From positions 63,302,001-63,366,000 of the forward strand of contig OZ024746.1 of NCBI GenBank assembly GCA_964016885.1: a DNA stretch of 64,000 bases. Reading direction: 5' to 3'. Positions within the stretch are counted from its first letter, which is position 1; each line of letters starts with the position of its first letter. The notes under the pieces are model-generated. The model saw nothing but the letters and a program-made list of their open reading frames with translations. It was not told the DNA's origin and did not search any database. This stretch comes from Eledone cirrhosa. Lineage: Eukaryota. Shown here in pieces: positions 41,502 to 54,213 of the stretch. Position numbers and translations under genes: made by a program.

Positions 41502-41635
41502 ATAATTGTTTCTACTTTTGGCACAATGCCAGCAATTACCCAGTGCATTACTGGTACTTTATTTTATCGACCCCGTAAGGATGAAAGGCAAAGTTAACCT
41601 CAGAGGGATTTGAGCTCAGACCATAAAGGGCCGTA
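41502..41635 (-). mobile_element. SINE family A
   Basis: Match to family A. Confidence 0.85.
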
Positions 41636-41700
41636 AGTCTTTACTATGTGTATATATATATGTGTAATATATATATGTATAATATATATGTATATATGAT

Positions 41701-42063
41701 GGAGGCGCATGGCTTAGTGGTTAGAGCATTGAGCTTGCAATCGAAAGGTTGGGAGTTCAATTCTCAGACCGGGTGATGTGTTGTTTCTTTGAGCAAGACA
41801 CTTTATTTCACATTGCTCCAGTTTACTTGGCTGTAGAAATGAGATGATAGGACTGGGGTCCCTATCATTCCACGGCAAAAAAGCACCCAGCACTCACTGT
41901 AAATGAGGTTGGTGTTAGAAAGGGCGTCCAGCTGTATAAATCAAGCCAGAATCAGTTCCCGTATGAGCAAGACAAGGTCAGCCGACCGGACACTGCCCAC
42001 AACAGGACAACCTGTCTAACCCATGCTAGCGTGGAAGAACGGACGTAAAACGGTGATGATGAT
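41701..42063 (+). mobile_element. SINE family B, full length
   Basis: GGAGGCGCATGGCTTAGTGGTTAGAGC head, CORE-like domain, RTE-like tail with (GAT)n. Confidence 0.88.
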
Positions 42064-42315
42064 ATGTATAATGTGTGTGTGTGTACACATACATACATAC
42101 AGTGTATACAGGTTTATATCATAGTTTGTTTCTTTTTATTGAAACGTTTGTATTCAACATAGTATTTTCCAATTTTATCCTATTTCTAATATTAGTGAAG
42201 TTAGTTGTCAGGTGTTTCTCTCCAATACTAACAACGGTTAACAAGTGATAAAGCAAAATTCAGGTAAATGAGCTAAAATATTTGTTAAAGATGTCCTGGT
42301 ATTATTATTATTAAT

Positions 42316-42505
42316 AGCGGTGGATTGGCAGTATCGGTAGAGGGCCAGACGCCATGCTTTCCAGCATAGTTACGTCCCTTTACGATCTGAGTTCAAATCC
42401 CGCCGAGGTTGACTTTGCCTTTCATCCTTACGGGGTCGATAAAATAAAGTACCAGTAATACACTGGGATAATTGCTGGCCTTGTGCCAAAAGTAGAAACA
42501 ATTAT
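42316..42505 (+). mobile_element. SINE family A, full length
   Basis: Complete from head to tail, flanked by ATTATTATTATTAATA on both sides (TSD/tail). Confidence 0.9.
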
Positions 42506-44027
42506 TATTATTAATAATAATTATTATTATTTGGCAGAGGGAGAGTGAATTGACAGTGTCAGTAGAGCATCGGACATGTTTTGCAACATATAGTTACAGC
42601 CTTTCATACTTACAGGGTCGCATTGGGGTCGATTTAATCGACTTTCCTCAAAATTGTTGGCCTTGTGCCTAAATCAGAAACCATTGTTATTGTTGATGGT
42701 GGTAGTCGTAGTATATTTGTAATTTGTGAAAACAATGATTTCAAAGTGAGATTAGTGATTTCATAGTGAGTTCATGTCACTTTTAAAAAAATCCTAAACT
42801 TACTTGATTTAATTAGCCAAGTGGAAAGTAGCTGCAGAAGAGGAGGACCAAGGAAAACCTGAGCAGAGGTGATCATAGATGATCACAGAGAAGATGAAGG
42901 AACATGGCAGGTGGGAAAAGGCTGTGCTTAAGATTTGTCCGACCCATGCAAACATAGGACTGAAGTAAAAATGATGGTTGATGTGTGTGTGTGTGTGTAA
43001 GTGATCGATCTTGGTGCCATAATGAAATGCACCCAGCCCACACTCTAATATGATAGGGTGGTGCCGTGATAAAACACACCTAACCTGCACTGTAAGGGGG
43101 TAATGGTACCATGATAAAATAGACCCAGTACATGCTGGGAAGTGGCTGACATTAGGAAGGGCATCCATCTGTAGAACCCATACCAGAATGAAACATATGA
43201 GCAAGATATGGTCACCTAACTGGTCTAGCCTCAGAACGTGACAATCTGTCTAACTTACGCAAGCATAAAAAATAAATGTAAAATGGTGATAATGATGTGT
43301 ATGTGTATATATACACACACACGCACACACATATCAATGGTGTATTTTAACATTATAATCTCTATACATGTAGCTGCAAGATATCTAGAGTGTTAGTACT
43401 GCAGTTGCTAATGTTGTTTGATATGCACAGCTGCCACATGTTTATAAGGAATTGAAATTTGAGCCTACGTGACATTCATATCTTTGTCAATCACATTTTG
43501 GAGCTTAAGTTTGGGGTTGAAGTTGTGGACTTTGCTTGTCTGAAAGATTATCTATCATGACTGTTTTAGTCTTTTCTGTTTTTCCTTGCTGCTTGTATGT
43601 ATGTATGAACCCATAATTTCTAATGAAGTTGTAGGGGCACTGTAGAAATATAATGGTGTTTCTTGGGTATTTTAAGCCTCCCCATGTTTGATCTCACTCG
43701 ATTTCTTCCAGAAAAAGATAGTGATAGAGCAGAAGTGAGAAAGAGATATAGAAGAATCTACCTCAGTATTGAACTGCTACTTTTTTTATTGACCCCAAAA
43801 AGATGAAAACCAAAGTTGACCTTGATGGGATTTGAACTCAAAAAGAAAAGACCTGTGACGAATCCCGCAAAGCATTCTATGCTAAGTTCTAACAACTCTG
43901 CCAATTTGCTATCTTTCTTAGTTGTTTAACCCCAGGTTAACTCTGATGCAAGCAGACCTATGGTTAAATACATCTCAGTTATGATCATCTCTGCTTTGCA
44001 TAAAGCTACACTGTGTCCTTTCCTTAT

Positions 44028-44252
44028 TTAACCATTTAGCATTTGCGTTATTCTATATTTACTATTGTATTTTCATAGTAAACACTTTATCTCATATAAT
44101 TATCTCACATAATATCAAATCTACGAGATTTTAATATTATTTTGAGAACAATACTTTAACATAAGTATGAGCAGCTGGTTTTGGCCAGTTTGAACAGAAA
44201 GAGGTGAGAGAATTCTGGCTGGATATGGCTGGTTTAAATGCTAAAGGGTCAA
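44028..44252 (-). mobile_element. piggyBac-like MITE family C
   Basis: Reverse-complement copy with slightly decayed TTAACC.TTTAGCATTT ends. Confidence 0.82.
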
Positions 44253-46732
44253 GTCAGCAAGTCATGATTTAATGGAGGATAATTTGGTTGCTATTTCACA
44301 GAGTTTAAGCAACCATGTAAAAGATCCTTTGTTCACAATATTTTTGTTGTATAAAAACAAGTCTGTGTATTTTCTAAATTATCCTTACATGCCTACTTAC
44401 CCTCTGTGTTTTGTTTTTTACCCTGTTTATGAGCCTCATTTGTTTTTCTATGTGTACATGTGTGCACGCACGTATGCACATCTGTCCACGTGGATGCATA
44501 CACACTCACACACACATCTGATCACACACACACACTCACCCACCTCCCTTCCATCATACTCATTTTAATCATTGTGTCATATCTTGTGTCAGTTATATTG
44601 TTGGAAGAAGTTAATAACAGATCCAAACAAAACCAGTTAGGTGTTTAGAGTCTTAGGCTTACAGCCCTATCTCTAGTGTCAGGCCTCTATACATCCACCC
44701 ACTCATCCACACCTACTGTTAATACTACTACCACTACTACTACTACTACTACTGATATGAAGAGATATAGTTATAGCAGATATTCATCTATTACATATGA
44801 GATTAACTTTTGATTTATGTAGTCAGGTAATTTTCTCTTTTGTTACACATGTTTTTGTATTACCATTTTCCCCTCCTATTTCTCACACTTTTTTGTTTAC
44901 TTTATTATACCGGTTCATTAGAAATATCTTTTTAAAGAACAGTTTTTGTTGGTTGACCAAACAACTGAATAAGAGAAAAGAAAAATATGATCAATTTTTA
45001 ACTCTTAGCTTTAGTAATAGTAAAGATAAAAACAATAAAAACTAGAGAGAAACAGGCTTATTGTTGTTAGTGATAAAGGATTTTCACAGCTTGTACATCA
45101 TCATCATCATTTTATCTCCATTATTCCACACTTGCATGGGTTGGACAGGTCCTTCTCAGTACAGTATCTCTCCACTTATAATTTCCCTTTGTCGTCTCCT
45201 TCCTTCTGGGATCAGTTTCACCACTTCCATCCAGAGAGTTTGTTATAAATAGATTAGGGTCTTCAACAAGCAAGATTAGGTGGAGATTTTTTAACAATAT
45301 ATAATGCAAGTAGTAGATCTGGTGAAAGTAGTGGATATGTTTCAGTCTTATTAGACTTCTTTAGTGAATACATCATCACCATTTAACATCTATTTTCTAT
45401 AGTTGCATGATTATGTGTGGACATGTAATTCCTGTTGGATTTGGAGGGGTGCTGTTGTGATAAGTCTTGGGCAATTTAAACTTGATGCTCCTTGAGATAA
45501 TGACAAAGAAATACGATGAATGGAGGATTATGCTAACAAAAAAAAACATTCAACCTATGCAAGCATGGAAAATTGGATGTAAAATGATGTCGAACTAGAT
45601 GTCCCTTCACAATACAGTTTTAGTGAACTTGCAGGCTGCTGTTATTTGCATTGCTGCTTCAATACCTGCTTGAGTCATTCCACTTAATCTTCTCCTTGTA
45701 TCGTTTTTTTTTTCATTGAAATGATAAGCACTTTTCCCTTGCAGTGTCTTGTTTCTTGGTGTGTGGCATCAGCAAAATCAAAAATGCAGTCATTTCACAA
45801 CATGCACTGCTTTCTTTCTCCATTTTAACTAGATACAGTAAGAAAAAAAAAACCTTGTCAGCTATCTCTGCTCTTAAATACTGTAAATATTTAGCCAGGT
45901 GGTCCTTTGTACCAACTATTTACACTCTGTCTTTTCCTGGATATTATAATTAAGAATCTAAACATAGGCTTTCAACTGATAGTTTTAACTGAAAGTCATG
46001 AGAAAATTACTCAGTTTTAACTATATAATGGAGGCACAAACTCAGAGAGGTTAACCCTTATGATATCAAACTTTCCGAAACCACCCTTGGTTTTACGATA
46101 TAAAACTGTTTATTTTAAAGGGTTTATATTTATCTTGAAACCTTCAATCATAATTTTATGTAAGAACCTTTACAGAGTTATGTTCCAAACACCAGCTTAA
46201 TAAGTAAGTTAATTATATTACTTAACCCCCCCCCCCCCCCCCCCGAAATATTCTCAAATATTTTCAGGTTGATTTGAAAACCATAGTCTTTCATTAGAAC
46301 TATGGTAACAGGAGGATTAATTAAAGTGATGATCTGTCCTGTTTTCTGTATTTAAGCAAGACATCTAACTTCAATGTGACTTTCCTCAAATATCAAACAC
46401 TAGTTGATATTTACTGGAAATTTCTTTTAAAAAAGCATATATTTCATGAAAAAGGTATATAAAAACAATTCAGATCTCTTAATATTGATGATGACCACTG
46501 AAAATACAAAATAAACCCAAATATATTTTCTGCTAATAGGTCTATGTTGAAATCTAATCAAATTCTTTGAATTCCACCTATCCAGGTGAAGAAAATTAAT
46601 ACTGATGTTACTCTATGGTTGAGTTGATCACTGGTTGACTGTATAACAAGATCACTGAGTCTATAGACTGACTAAGGTAGTGTGCAGATAAGGTCTCATT
46701 TATTCCTAACTAGAACAGACAGACAGTGTCTT

Positions 46733-46945
46733 TGCTGGTGAGACAACAAAAATACCCAGTTCACCCTATAAGATGGTCATATTGGTACCATGACAACTAA
46801 AATACCCAGTTCAGCCAGTGAGATGGTCATACTGGTACCATGATAACAAAAATACCCAGTTCACCCTGTGAGATGGTCATGCTGGTACCATGACAACAAA
46901 AATACCCAGTTCACCCTGTGAGATGGTCGTGCTGGTGCCACAGCA
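46733..46945. repeat. ~47-bp minisatellite x~4 (CATGACAACAAAAATACCCAGTTCACCCTGTGAGATGGTCATGCTGGTAC)
   Basis: Direct reading. Resembles the internally repeated unit of the RTE 3' UTR. Confidence 0.85.
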
Positions 46946-47299
46946 AAAAGCACCTCTGTATGGTTCTTTGGTGGGTAGGGAGCTATGAATGGTGCATAAT
47001 GACCTGAGTAAGGAATAATAAGCAGAAAATTCCAAATAAATAAAAGCAGGATACAAAGATAAAAATACAAAGATAAGAAATAAAAAAAATATATAAAAAA
47101 TACATTAATAAAAATATATTAATAAGGTAAAAAGTAAAATACATGAATAAAACGCTGTCATACCTAGGGTAGTGATGTAGTAAGATAGAAATATATAAGA
47201 ACATATCGGAGGAATCAAGGCAAAGGGGAAATACAAAATAGATCAAGTTGCAGTAAGATAATGCAAGGTTGTACATATAGATATAGAGGATGGAAGAGA

Positions 47300-47700
47300 T
47301 GGAATGGTATCAAGTGGTACCTAGTGTAAAGTTCGGGTCTCCGAATTCAGTGTGAGTCACAAAAGGTCTTGAGGTATAGCGTAGAGAGTTCAGTCAATAC
47401 AATATGTGCTTAAGTATAATACGTAGAATTTTGTCGAAATCCGAATATTCACGACAAGGAAGCAGCATTGGATAGGGTGGGCGGTAGACAAAGCACAGAG
47501 CAGCCAAAATCCGAATGGTAAGTAGATCAGTTAATCCCATGCTGGCAATAGCTGTACACTGAATTCAGTGCCGCTGTTCAATATTACATCTGAAAGTGCT
47601 CAACATTATTGGAGCATTATTTATTTAGGTTTGTTGGTTCACCACTGGATAGAATTGGTCATTCCGTATGGTCAATCTTGATGTAATATTATGGAGAGTA
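47300..47700 (-). mobile_element. Possible decayed non-LTR retrotransposon C-terminal (zinc-knuckle) fragment
   Basis: The - strand gives LLTIRIL and ILKHILY*LNSLR, reminiscent of the LTRLRIGH...TVKHILxxC motifs. Heavily degraded. Confidence 0.3.
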
Positions 47701-47707
47701 CTCAACG

Positions 47708-47763
<56 letters not shown>

Positions 47764-47903
47764 CAGAAGTCTGATGAGCTCTTGATTCCAGAGTCTGGCC
47801 CAGTCGATACAAATCGAACCTTGAGCTGATCAATCCCGAAATGCGTGTCACGCCTCAATAAACATAATGAAAATTTAAGACCTCATCCATATTATTATAT
47901 ATA

Positions 47904-49481
47904 TCATCATCGTTTAACGTCTATCTTCCACGCTAGCATGGATTTAGATGAGAATTGTCCCACTTGAGGCAAGATTGGTCGTATGGGACTGTCTGGCAGG
48001 TTTTCTACGGCTGGATGCCCTTCCTAACACCAACCACGTTTACAGTGTGGACTGGGAGGTTTTTACCGTGTTACCTACACGGCCACATTACAGCGTGGAC
48101 TGTGTTTTTTTTTTTGTCATGACACCTACACAACCTCATTTATTTAAGACTGGATGTTGTGGCACCAACATAACTTTACAGAGAAAGGGGTGGTGTTGAT
48201 GGGGATGGGGGTGTATTTTTGTTAAAGGTGCCTACTGACTGTAGGTTTCGCTTTGTATTTAGGTGGGTCTTCTGTATTACTGCGTAGTGCCAAATATCTC
48301 GATCCAGCAACATTGTCTCAGAGTAAGAGTGTAAGGTCAGAATTTATGAAATCGTCCCAGGTTTTTCTGGGTCTGCCTACTCCGTAACTTCCGTCAATTT
48401 TGATTGCCCTGCACTTTTTTATACAGCTGTCGTCTTTCATGCGCATCTTTGACCATACCAACCTAGTCTTCTCTCGAGTAAATGTGAACGGCAAAGCATA
48501 AATGAACTAAGTGAGAAATTAGGAATAAGAGGGATCAGATGCTGTTTATGTTACTATTACACATCCAACAGAGCATGCAAGCTTCGTTCCTCTCCAGTCT
48601 GAGTAGATCCTCTGCACACAGTGCCCAAGTCTCACTGCCATGTAACATTGCTGTTTATATGCATGCATCATACAGCCTGCCTTTCATTTTTAGAGAGAAA
48701 CCTTTAGCGGCCAATAGTGGTATAAGCTCTCTGAACTTTTTCCATCCCGTTCTGACTCTGGCTACTGTACTTTCTGAGCACCCTCCACCACTGCTGAATT
48801 TGTCACCCAGGTAACGGAAGGTGTCCACTATTTCTATAGAGCCATCTAGGCAGTAGGAGCTAGTATCCTGTGGGTGCTTGCTACTTATTGCATCTGAGCA
48901 CCGGCCATATATAATATCTACATTCTTAGATAGCTTACCTGTGATCCCACTACATCTTTTATGAACCCATACTTTGCATTTGGGACATAAAATGGAATTT
49001 CTGCCTACTCCTTTCCTACACACTGAGCATGGTCATTTCCCAGAGGGGACCTGTGCTCTATTTTCCGTCCTACATACTAGAACTTTAGTCTTAGCCAGGT
49101 TAATTTTAAGGCCTTTTGATTCTCGGCCATGCTTCCATGTTTGGAATTTCTTCTCTAGTTCATCCATCGATTCAGCTATGAGCGTTAGATCATCTGCATA
49201 TAGAAGTTCCTATGGGCAGCCGGTCTTGAACTCCTCTGTTATAGCCTGAAGGGCAATAATAAATAGGAGGGGGCTAAGGACAGAGCCCTGATGAACACCA
49301 ACTTTTACGCTAAATTCTTCACTATATTCGTTGTTAATTCTAACCTTGCTGACTGTTTCTTTATACATGGCTTCTATAGCTCTCACAAGCCATTCATCAA
49401 CACCTAGTTTTCTAAGGGCCCACCAGATAATGGCGCGGGGGACTCTGTCAAATGCTTTCTCCAACTCAACAAAAGCTAAGT
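47904..49481 (-). mobile_element. 5'-truncated RTE-clade LINE (RT domain, Cys-rich insert, C-terminus, 3' UTR)
   Basis: LEKAFDRVPR...GVHQGSVLSPLLF, then LLYADDL after a stop, then CSVCRKGVGRNSILCPKCKVWVHKRC, FRYLGD, HGSETW and GRPRKTW. The 3' UTR ends in GACGTTAAACGATGATG. Confidence 0.92.
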
Positions 49482-49619
49482 ATACGGGTATATATATATA
49501 TACCCCTATACTTATATATATATATACGTTCAGATCTAGCTGTCGAAACGGCCATCGGGGTCCTGACTCTTTTCCTATATATATATATATATGTATATAA
49601 AATCGTCATTATTATTATT

Positions 49620-49803
49620 GAATTGGCAGTGTCGGTAGAGGGTTGGACGCCATGTTTTCTAGCATAGTTACGTCCCTTTACAGTCTGAGTTCAAATCCCG
49701 CCGAGGTTAACTTTGCCTTTCATCCTTACGGGGTCGATAAAATAAAGTACCAGTAATGTACTGGGTAATTGCTGGCCTTGTGCCTAAAGTAGAAACAATT
49801 ATT
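49620..49803 (+). mobile_element. SINE family A
   Basis: Near full length with an (ATT)n tail. Confidence 0.88.
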
Positions 49804-49893
49804 ATTATTATTATATATGTGCGTTCGGATCTAGCTGTCAAAACGGCCGGAGCTCAGCCGTCGGGGTCCTGATTCTTTTCTTTTATGTATATA

Positions 49894-49953
<60 letters not shown>

Positions 49954-51238
49954 CATATGTATATAATAAAATCATCATATATACCCACACACATGAAAAC
50001 TGTGAAAATAGCTGTTACTACTGATAATAATTTTAAAACAATGTTCTATAAAAAGAGTGAATAAATACATAAACACTCAGTTTTCTCTATCATTATATGC
50101 CCCCATTATGATAAAAAAGTTTGTTTTGGGAGGTTTAACCCTGGGTCAAGTGGGAAGTTTTGTTTTGAGAGGAGAGGGGGTTCTCTCTGGAGACAGACCT
50201 GTAAATCAAACAAGAATACCTTTTCTTTCCTACCTTCCTTCCTGGTTAACAAACTAGTTGAACAGTTAGTTGGCTGGCTAGCTGCCTGGCTGACGGCTAC
50301 TATCAGGTGGCCTGAAATATGGAAAGCTAACTGCTGGTGAAGGGGGGGAGTGAGTTTACTGCTTGCTGGGAAGTATTAATGACAGGTAAACAGAAGGCGT
50401 GAGCAACTTACCAATCAGGGCTGAGAGAGGACAGCATTGAAAGCTGAAGTGCTGGTACCTTCTGCTGTTTTTGTCTCCTGTTCCTTAGTTTCCTGAACAG
50501 TAATCACCTTGATTGTATCTATGGCTTTTACTCTCTCCTTCTACAGTTAGTCTGGATAGTTTTAGCAGAAAACTAGGAAATCTTCTAACATTTGTAAGTA
50601 TTGTAAAAGTGTCGAATTTTGTATATCTCATTATTATTATTATTATTACTATTTGTCTTGCCCGAGGTTTGTGTTGGCGATAATGTGTTGCTCACATATT
50701 AGGAAGAAAACTGAATGGAAGATATAACTTTGAGAAAGTTGTGCGTGTGTGGATGTGATTGAGAGAGAGATAGAGAGAAGTGTTTGTATGTGTGTGATTG
50801 AGAGAAAGTCATTGTGCATGTTATAATTTAAATTTTACCTGTTAAAAATCAAGTGGGTGGGGTGGGCTGGGCTTCTCTTGTAGTGCAGTAGACAGAATTC
50901 TCTAATCATTGTTTTGAGTTATAAATAAAACTAAGTGCAGCGAGTCGGAAAAGACAACTAACAAAGCCAAACAAACACATTTCTACTTCTTCTCATTTTC
51001 TGCATCCTTTAAGGCCTCCATGCTTCCCGAGATTCGCCAACACTACACCTAATGTTCCCCCTCCATACACATACACACATGTATATCATGACTCATACAC
51101 TATTCACTTCCCTGACATTTGTATATTATTCTATGTACTATACATGCACCTTTGACGAGTTGTAGTGCATCTGAGCACTTTACACAATAATTTCATTATT
51201 ATTATTTTTTTATTATTTCTTTATATATATATATATAA

Positions 51239-51450
51239 TCATCATCGTTTAACATCAATTTTCCATGTTAGCATGGGTTAACGACAGGTTGTTCCATTTG
51301 AGGCAAGTCAAGTGGTCAGATGACCATGTCTTGCTCATACAGAACTGTTTCTGGCTTGGTTTCTACATCTGGATGCCTTTCCTAATGCTAACCACATTTA
51401 CAGTGTAGTTGGCATTATCATGATACCATAACGAACACTTTGCAGTGTGG
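51239..51450 (-). mobile_element. RTE-LINE/SINE 3' tail fragment
   Basis: CATCATCGTTTAAC...CTGGATGCCTTTCCTAATGCTAACCAC. Confidence 0.75.
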
Positions 51451-51531
51451 GCTTGGTGCTTTATATACATAGGACCGGCTTATCCTCAAGAAGTTACGAC
51501 GTAACTACTACTTATAAGCAACATTCTTCTG

Positions 51532-51571
<40 letters not shown>

Positions 51572-51614
51572 TATATATGTATATATATTTGATGTGATTT
51601 TTGTTGTGTTAACA

Positions 51615-51702
51615 CTGGTCTGAGGATCAGGCAGACTTGGAGTCTGGTCTGGAGTGCCAACCCAGATCACAAGCCGGCTGCTTGAGAAACATTTGTAACC
51701 AG
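51615..51702 (+). ncRNA. Type I hammerhead ribozyme with extended stem II (solo copy)
   Basis: CTGGT | CTGAGGA | TCAGGCAG...CTGCTTGA | GAAAC ATTT GT A | ACCAG: 5-bp stem I, 8-bp stem II (one G-U), 2-bp stem III with tetraloop, GUA cleavage triplet 51695-51697. Confidence 0.72.
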
Positions 51703-52648
51703 AATTGAGCAATAAATCTCCTATGTAACACATCCACTTTGTTCTTATTATATACGCTCTGCTCTGCATCGAGTGCTGACGTTGGTTCTCTCACCAGTTT
51801 TATTCGGACTTACTGAACTTTCTGCGTGTATATATGTGTGTGTGTTTGTGTGTGTGAGTGCTGGGGTGCATGTATGTGTGAGTAATGTATTCTTTTTACA
51901 ATTTATAATAAGTTAAGTGATTGCTTACTAAATGCCAGCTTCACCTGGTTACTACCTGTATATCCTACTTCACGACAATTAATCTTGTTAACTGTAACTA
52001 AGTAAACTTGGAAGTCACACTGACTTCTTCCACCTCCCCTCTCCCCAACGTCAGATGATGTAAATCGACTTTTGAAATACCATTTGAGTTTGGAAACACT
52101 CATAACCTGTTCGACCATGTGTTTTACTATTGTTGTTTTAATGTTGTGGATAAACGTGGCTGTTTATATATCTACTTTAAAAACTAGTATCTATTTATAT
52201 AGTTTCGGGCTTATTATTTCAGTATGGTATTTGATAGCTGTTGTTTTTTATATATTTTTTTTGTTATTATTGCTGCTATTGTAATACTTTTAGGCAGTGG
52301 TCAGTGGTATTTTTACAGCATCAGACATGATACCTTGTAATATTTGTTTTGTCACTTTGTTCTCAGTTCAAATCTTGCCGTGGTTTACTTTTCATTTCAT
52401 CCTTCCGTGGTTGAAAGTACCAATAAATTTTGAGGTCATTTTAATCATCTAACGCCTTCACTCAAATATCTGTCCTTGTGTCTATGTAAGAAATCACTAT
52501 TACTGGTGAGGATCATTAGTATAAAGGAATAGGCAGAAAATTGACAGTCATTAAAACAACAGATAGAATGCTTTCAAGGTACATAAAATGTACCAGTCCA
52601 ATACTGGGGCCGTTTATTTTACTGTATCTCTTTCTCAATTCGTTGCTA

Positions 52649-52651
<3 letters not shown>

Positions 52652-52723
<72 letters not shown>
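52652..52723. repeat. (CT)n microsatellite
   Basis: Direct reading. Confidence 0.95.
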
Positions 52724-52726
<3 letters not shown>

Positions 52727-52771
52727 TCCCCCCCTCCCCCTCTCTCCACCCTCCCCCTCCCCCCTCTCTCT

Positions 52772-53005
52772 GGGCCAGGTAGTGGTGTTAACCATGCCCC
52801 ATATGCTTGCAACAGAGAGGACTCTACTACTGGCACCCAAGGGCCAGATAGTGGTGTTAAACTTGGTCTGAATGCTTGCAGCAGAGTGGATTCCACTAAA
52901 GACACACCCAAAGGCCAGGTGATGATATTAAACCTGGTTCATATGTTTGCTACAGGGTGAACTCTACTAAAGACACACCCAAGGGCTATGTGGTGGTGTT
53001 AAACT
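52772..53005. repeat. ~70-bp diverged tandem repeat x~3.3 (GGGCCAGGTAGTGGTGTTAAAC...ATGCTTGCA..AGAG.GGACTCTACTA...CACCCAA)
   Basis: GGCCAG.T..TGGTGTTAA recurs at ~52772, ~52841, ~52912 and ~52983. Confidence 0.7.
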
Positions 53006-53481
53006 GGGTAACTGATTGTCTACCACCCATGTGGGATTTGAACTCAAAACACAAAGAGCCAGAATAAATACCACAAGGTATATTATGTTATCCAACAATT
53101 TTTCCGATCCCTAAACTGGTACTTTATTTACTGATCCCAAAAAGGATGAAAGACAAATCTGACCTCAGCAGAATTTGAACTCAGAGCACAGAAAATCAAT
53201 AGAAATACCATGAAGTATTTTTTCCTATGCTCTAATGACTTTTCCAATTTGCCACTAATGAGGGATGAGCAACTCTCAGCTATTCAACTAGTAAAATACT
53301 GGTGCAAAAAAAAAAATCAGTTGATCTTTTGCCTTATAAGATAGAAATCTATATTTCATTTATTTTGGGGTTTCCTGTCCTGTCTGGGATGTCAGTAGAC
53401 CCGCTGGAATACTAACTCAAGTCTGTGAAGACCTGTCTATGATGATGATGGTGGTGGTGTAGTATATTTACACTACTCATT

Positions 53482-53669
53482 AATAATTGTTTCTAGTTTT
53501 GGCACAAGGCCAGCAATTACCCAGTGTATTACTGGTACTTTATTTTATCGACCCCATAAGGATGAAAGGCAAAGTTAACCTCGGCGGGATTTGAACTCAG
53601 AATGGCAAGGGCTGTAACTCTGTGTCAAAGCATGGCGTCTGACCCTCTACCGATACTGCCAGTCCACCA
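53482..53669 (-). mobile_element. SINE family A, full length
   Basis: Complete copy flanked by CACTACTCATTAATAAT / CACTATTCATTAATAAT (probable TSD). Confidence 0.9.
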
Positions 53670-54213
53670 CACTATTCATTAATAATATCATATATCAACA
53701 TAAAAGGTTAGAATACCTTTTAATAAATTTACAATAAATCATTGTCTGTTGCAGACAAACAAATGAAAATAAAATATCAAAATAACTTAAATATAGATAA
53801 AATTCAAATTTGATGTACTTCAATATTGGGTATAATATATAAACTGATTGAGTGAGCGTTTCAGACTAATCTATCTTGTGATAATAATCTAGATTCCATT
53901 TAGTCAACATTGAGACTATCTCATTCAAATTATTTTCCCCTTGTTTTGTTTTTTCTATATATATTTCTATGCATTGCTGAATGTACGTTTCACCTCTGCA
54001 CATTACATATTAACTAATTATTTATTATGCTGGATTTTTTTTTTTTTTTTTTTTTTTTAATACTTCTTTATACTTCTTTATATTTGTCCAACAATAACCC
54101 CATTGAAAATTTCTTTATCTCAACCTAGACCTATCTTACAAATTCTCTCTTCCTTATTGTTTTCTTTATTGATATGGCAGGAATATAGTTTTTCTATAAC
54201 TGTATCCATTAAA

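Noticed and set aside
41701-41770. tRNA gene-like sequence (also 29555, 54225, 12785)
   Set aside because: A/B boxes belong to SINE heads; no complete cloverleaf or acceptor stem.
52516-52960. ORFs with poly-ER / poly-LS
   Set aside because: Translation of the (CT)n microsatellite and adjacent minisatellite.
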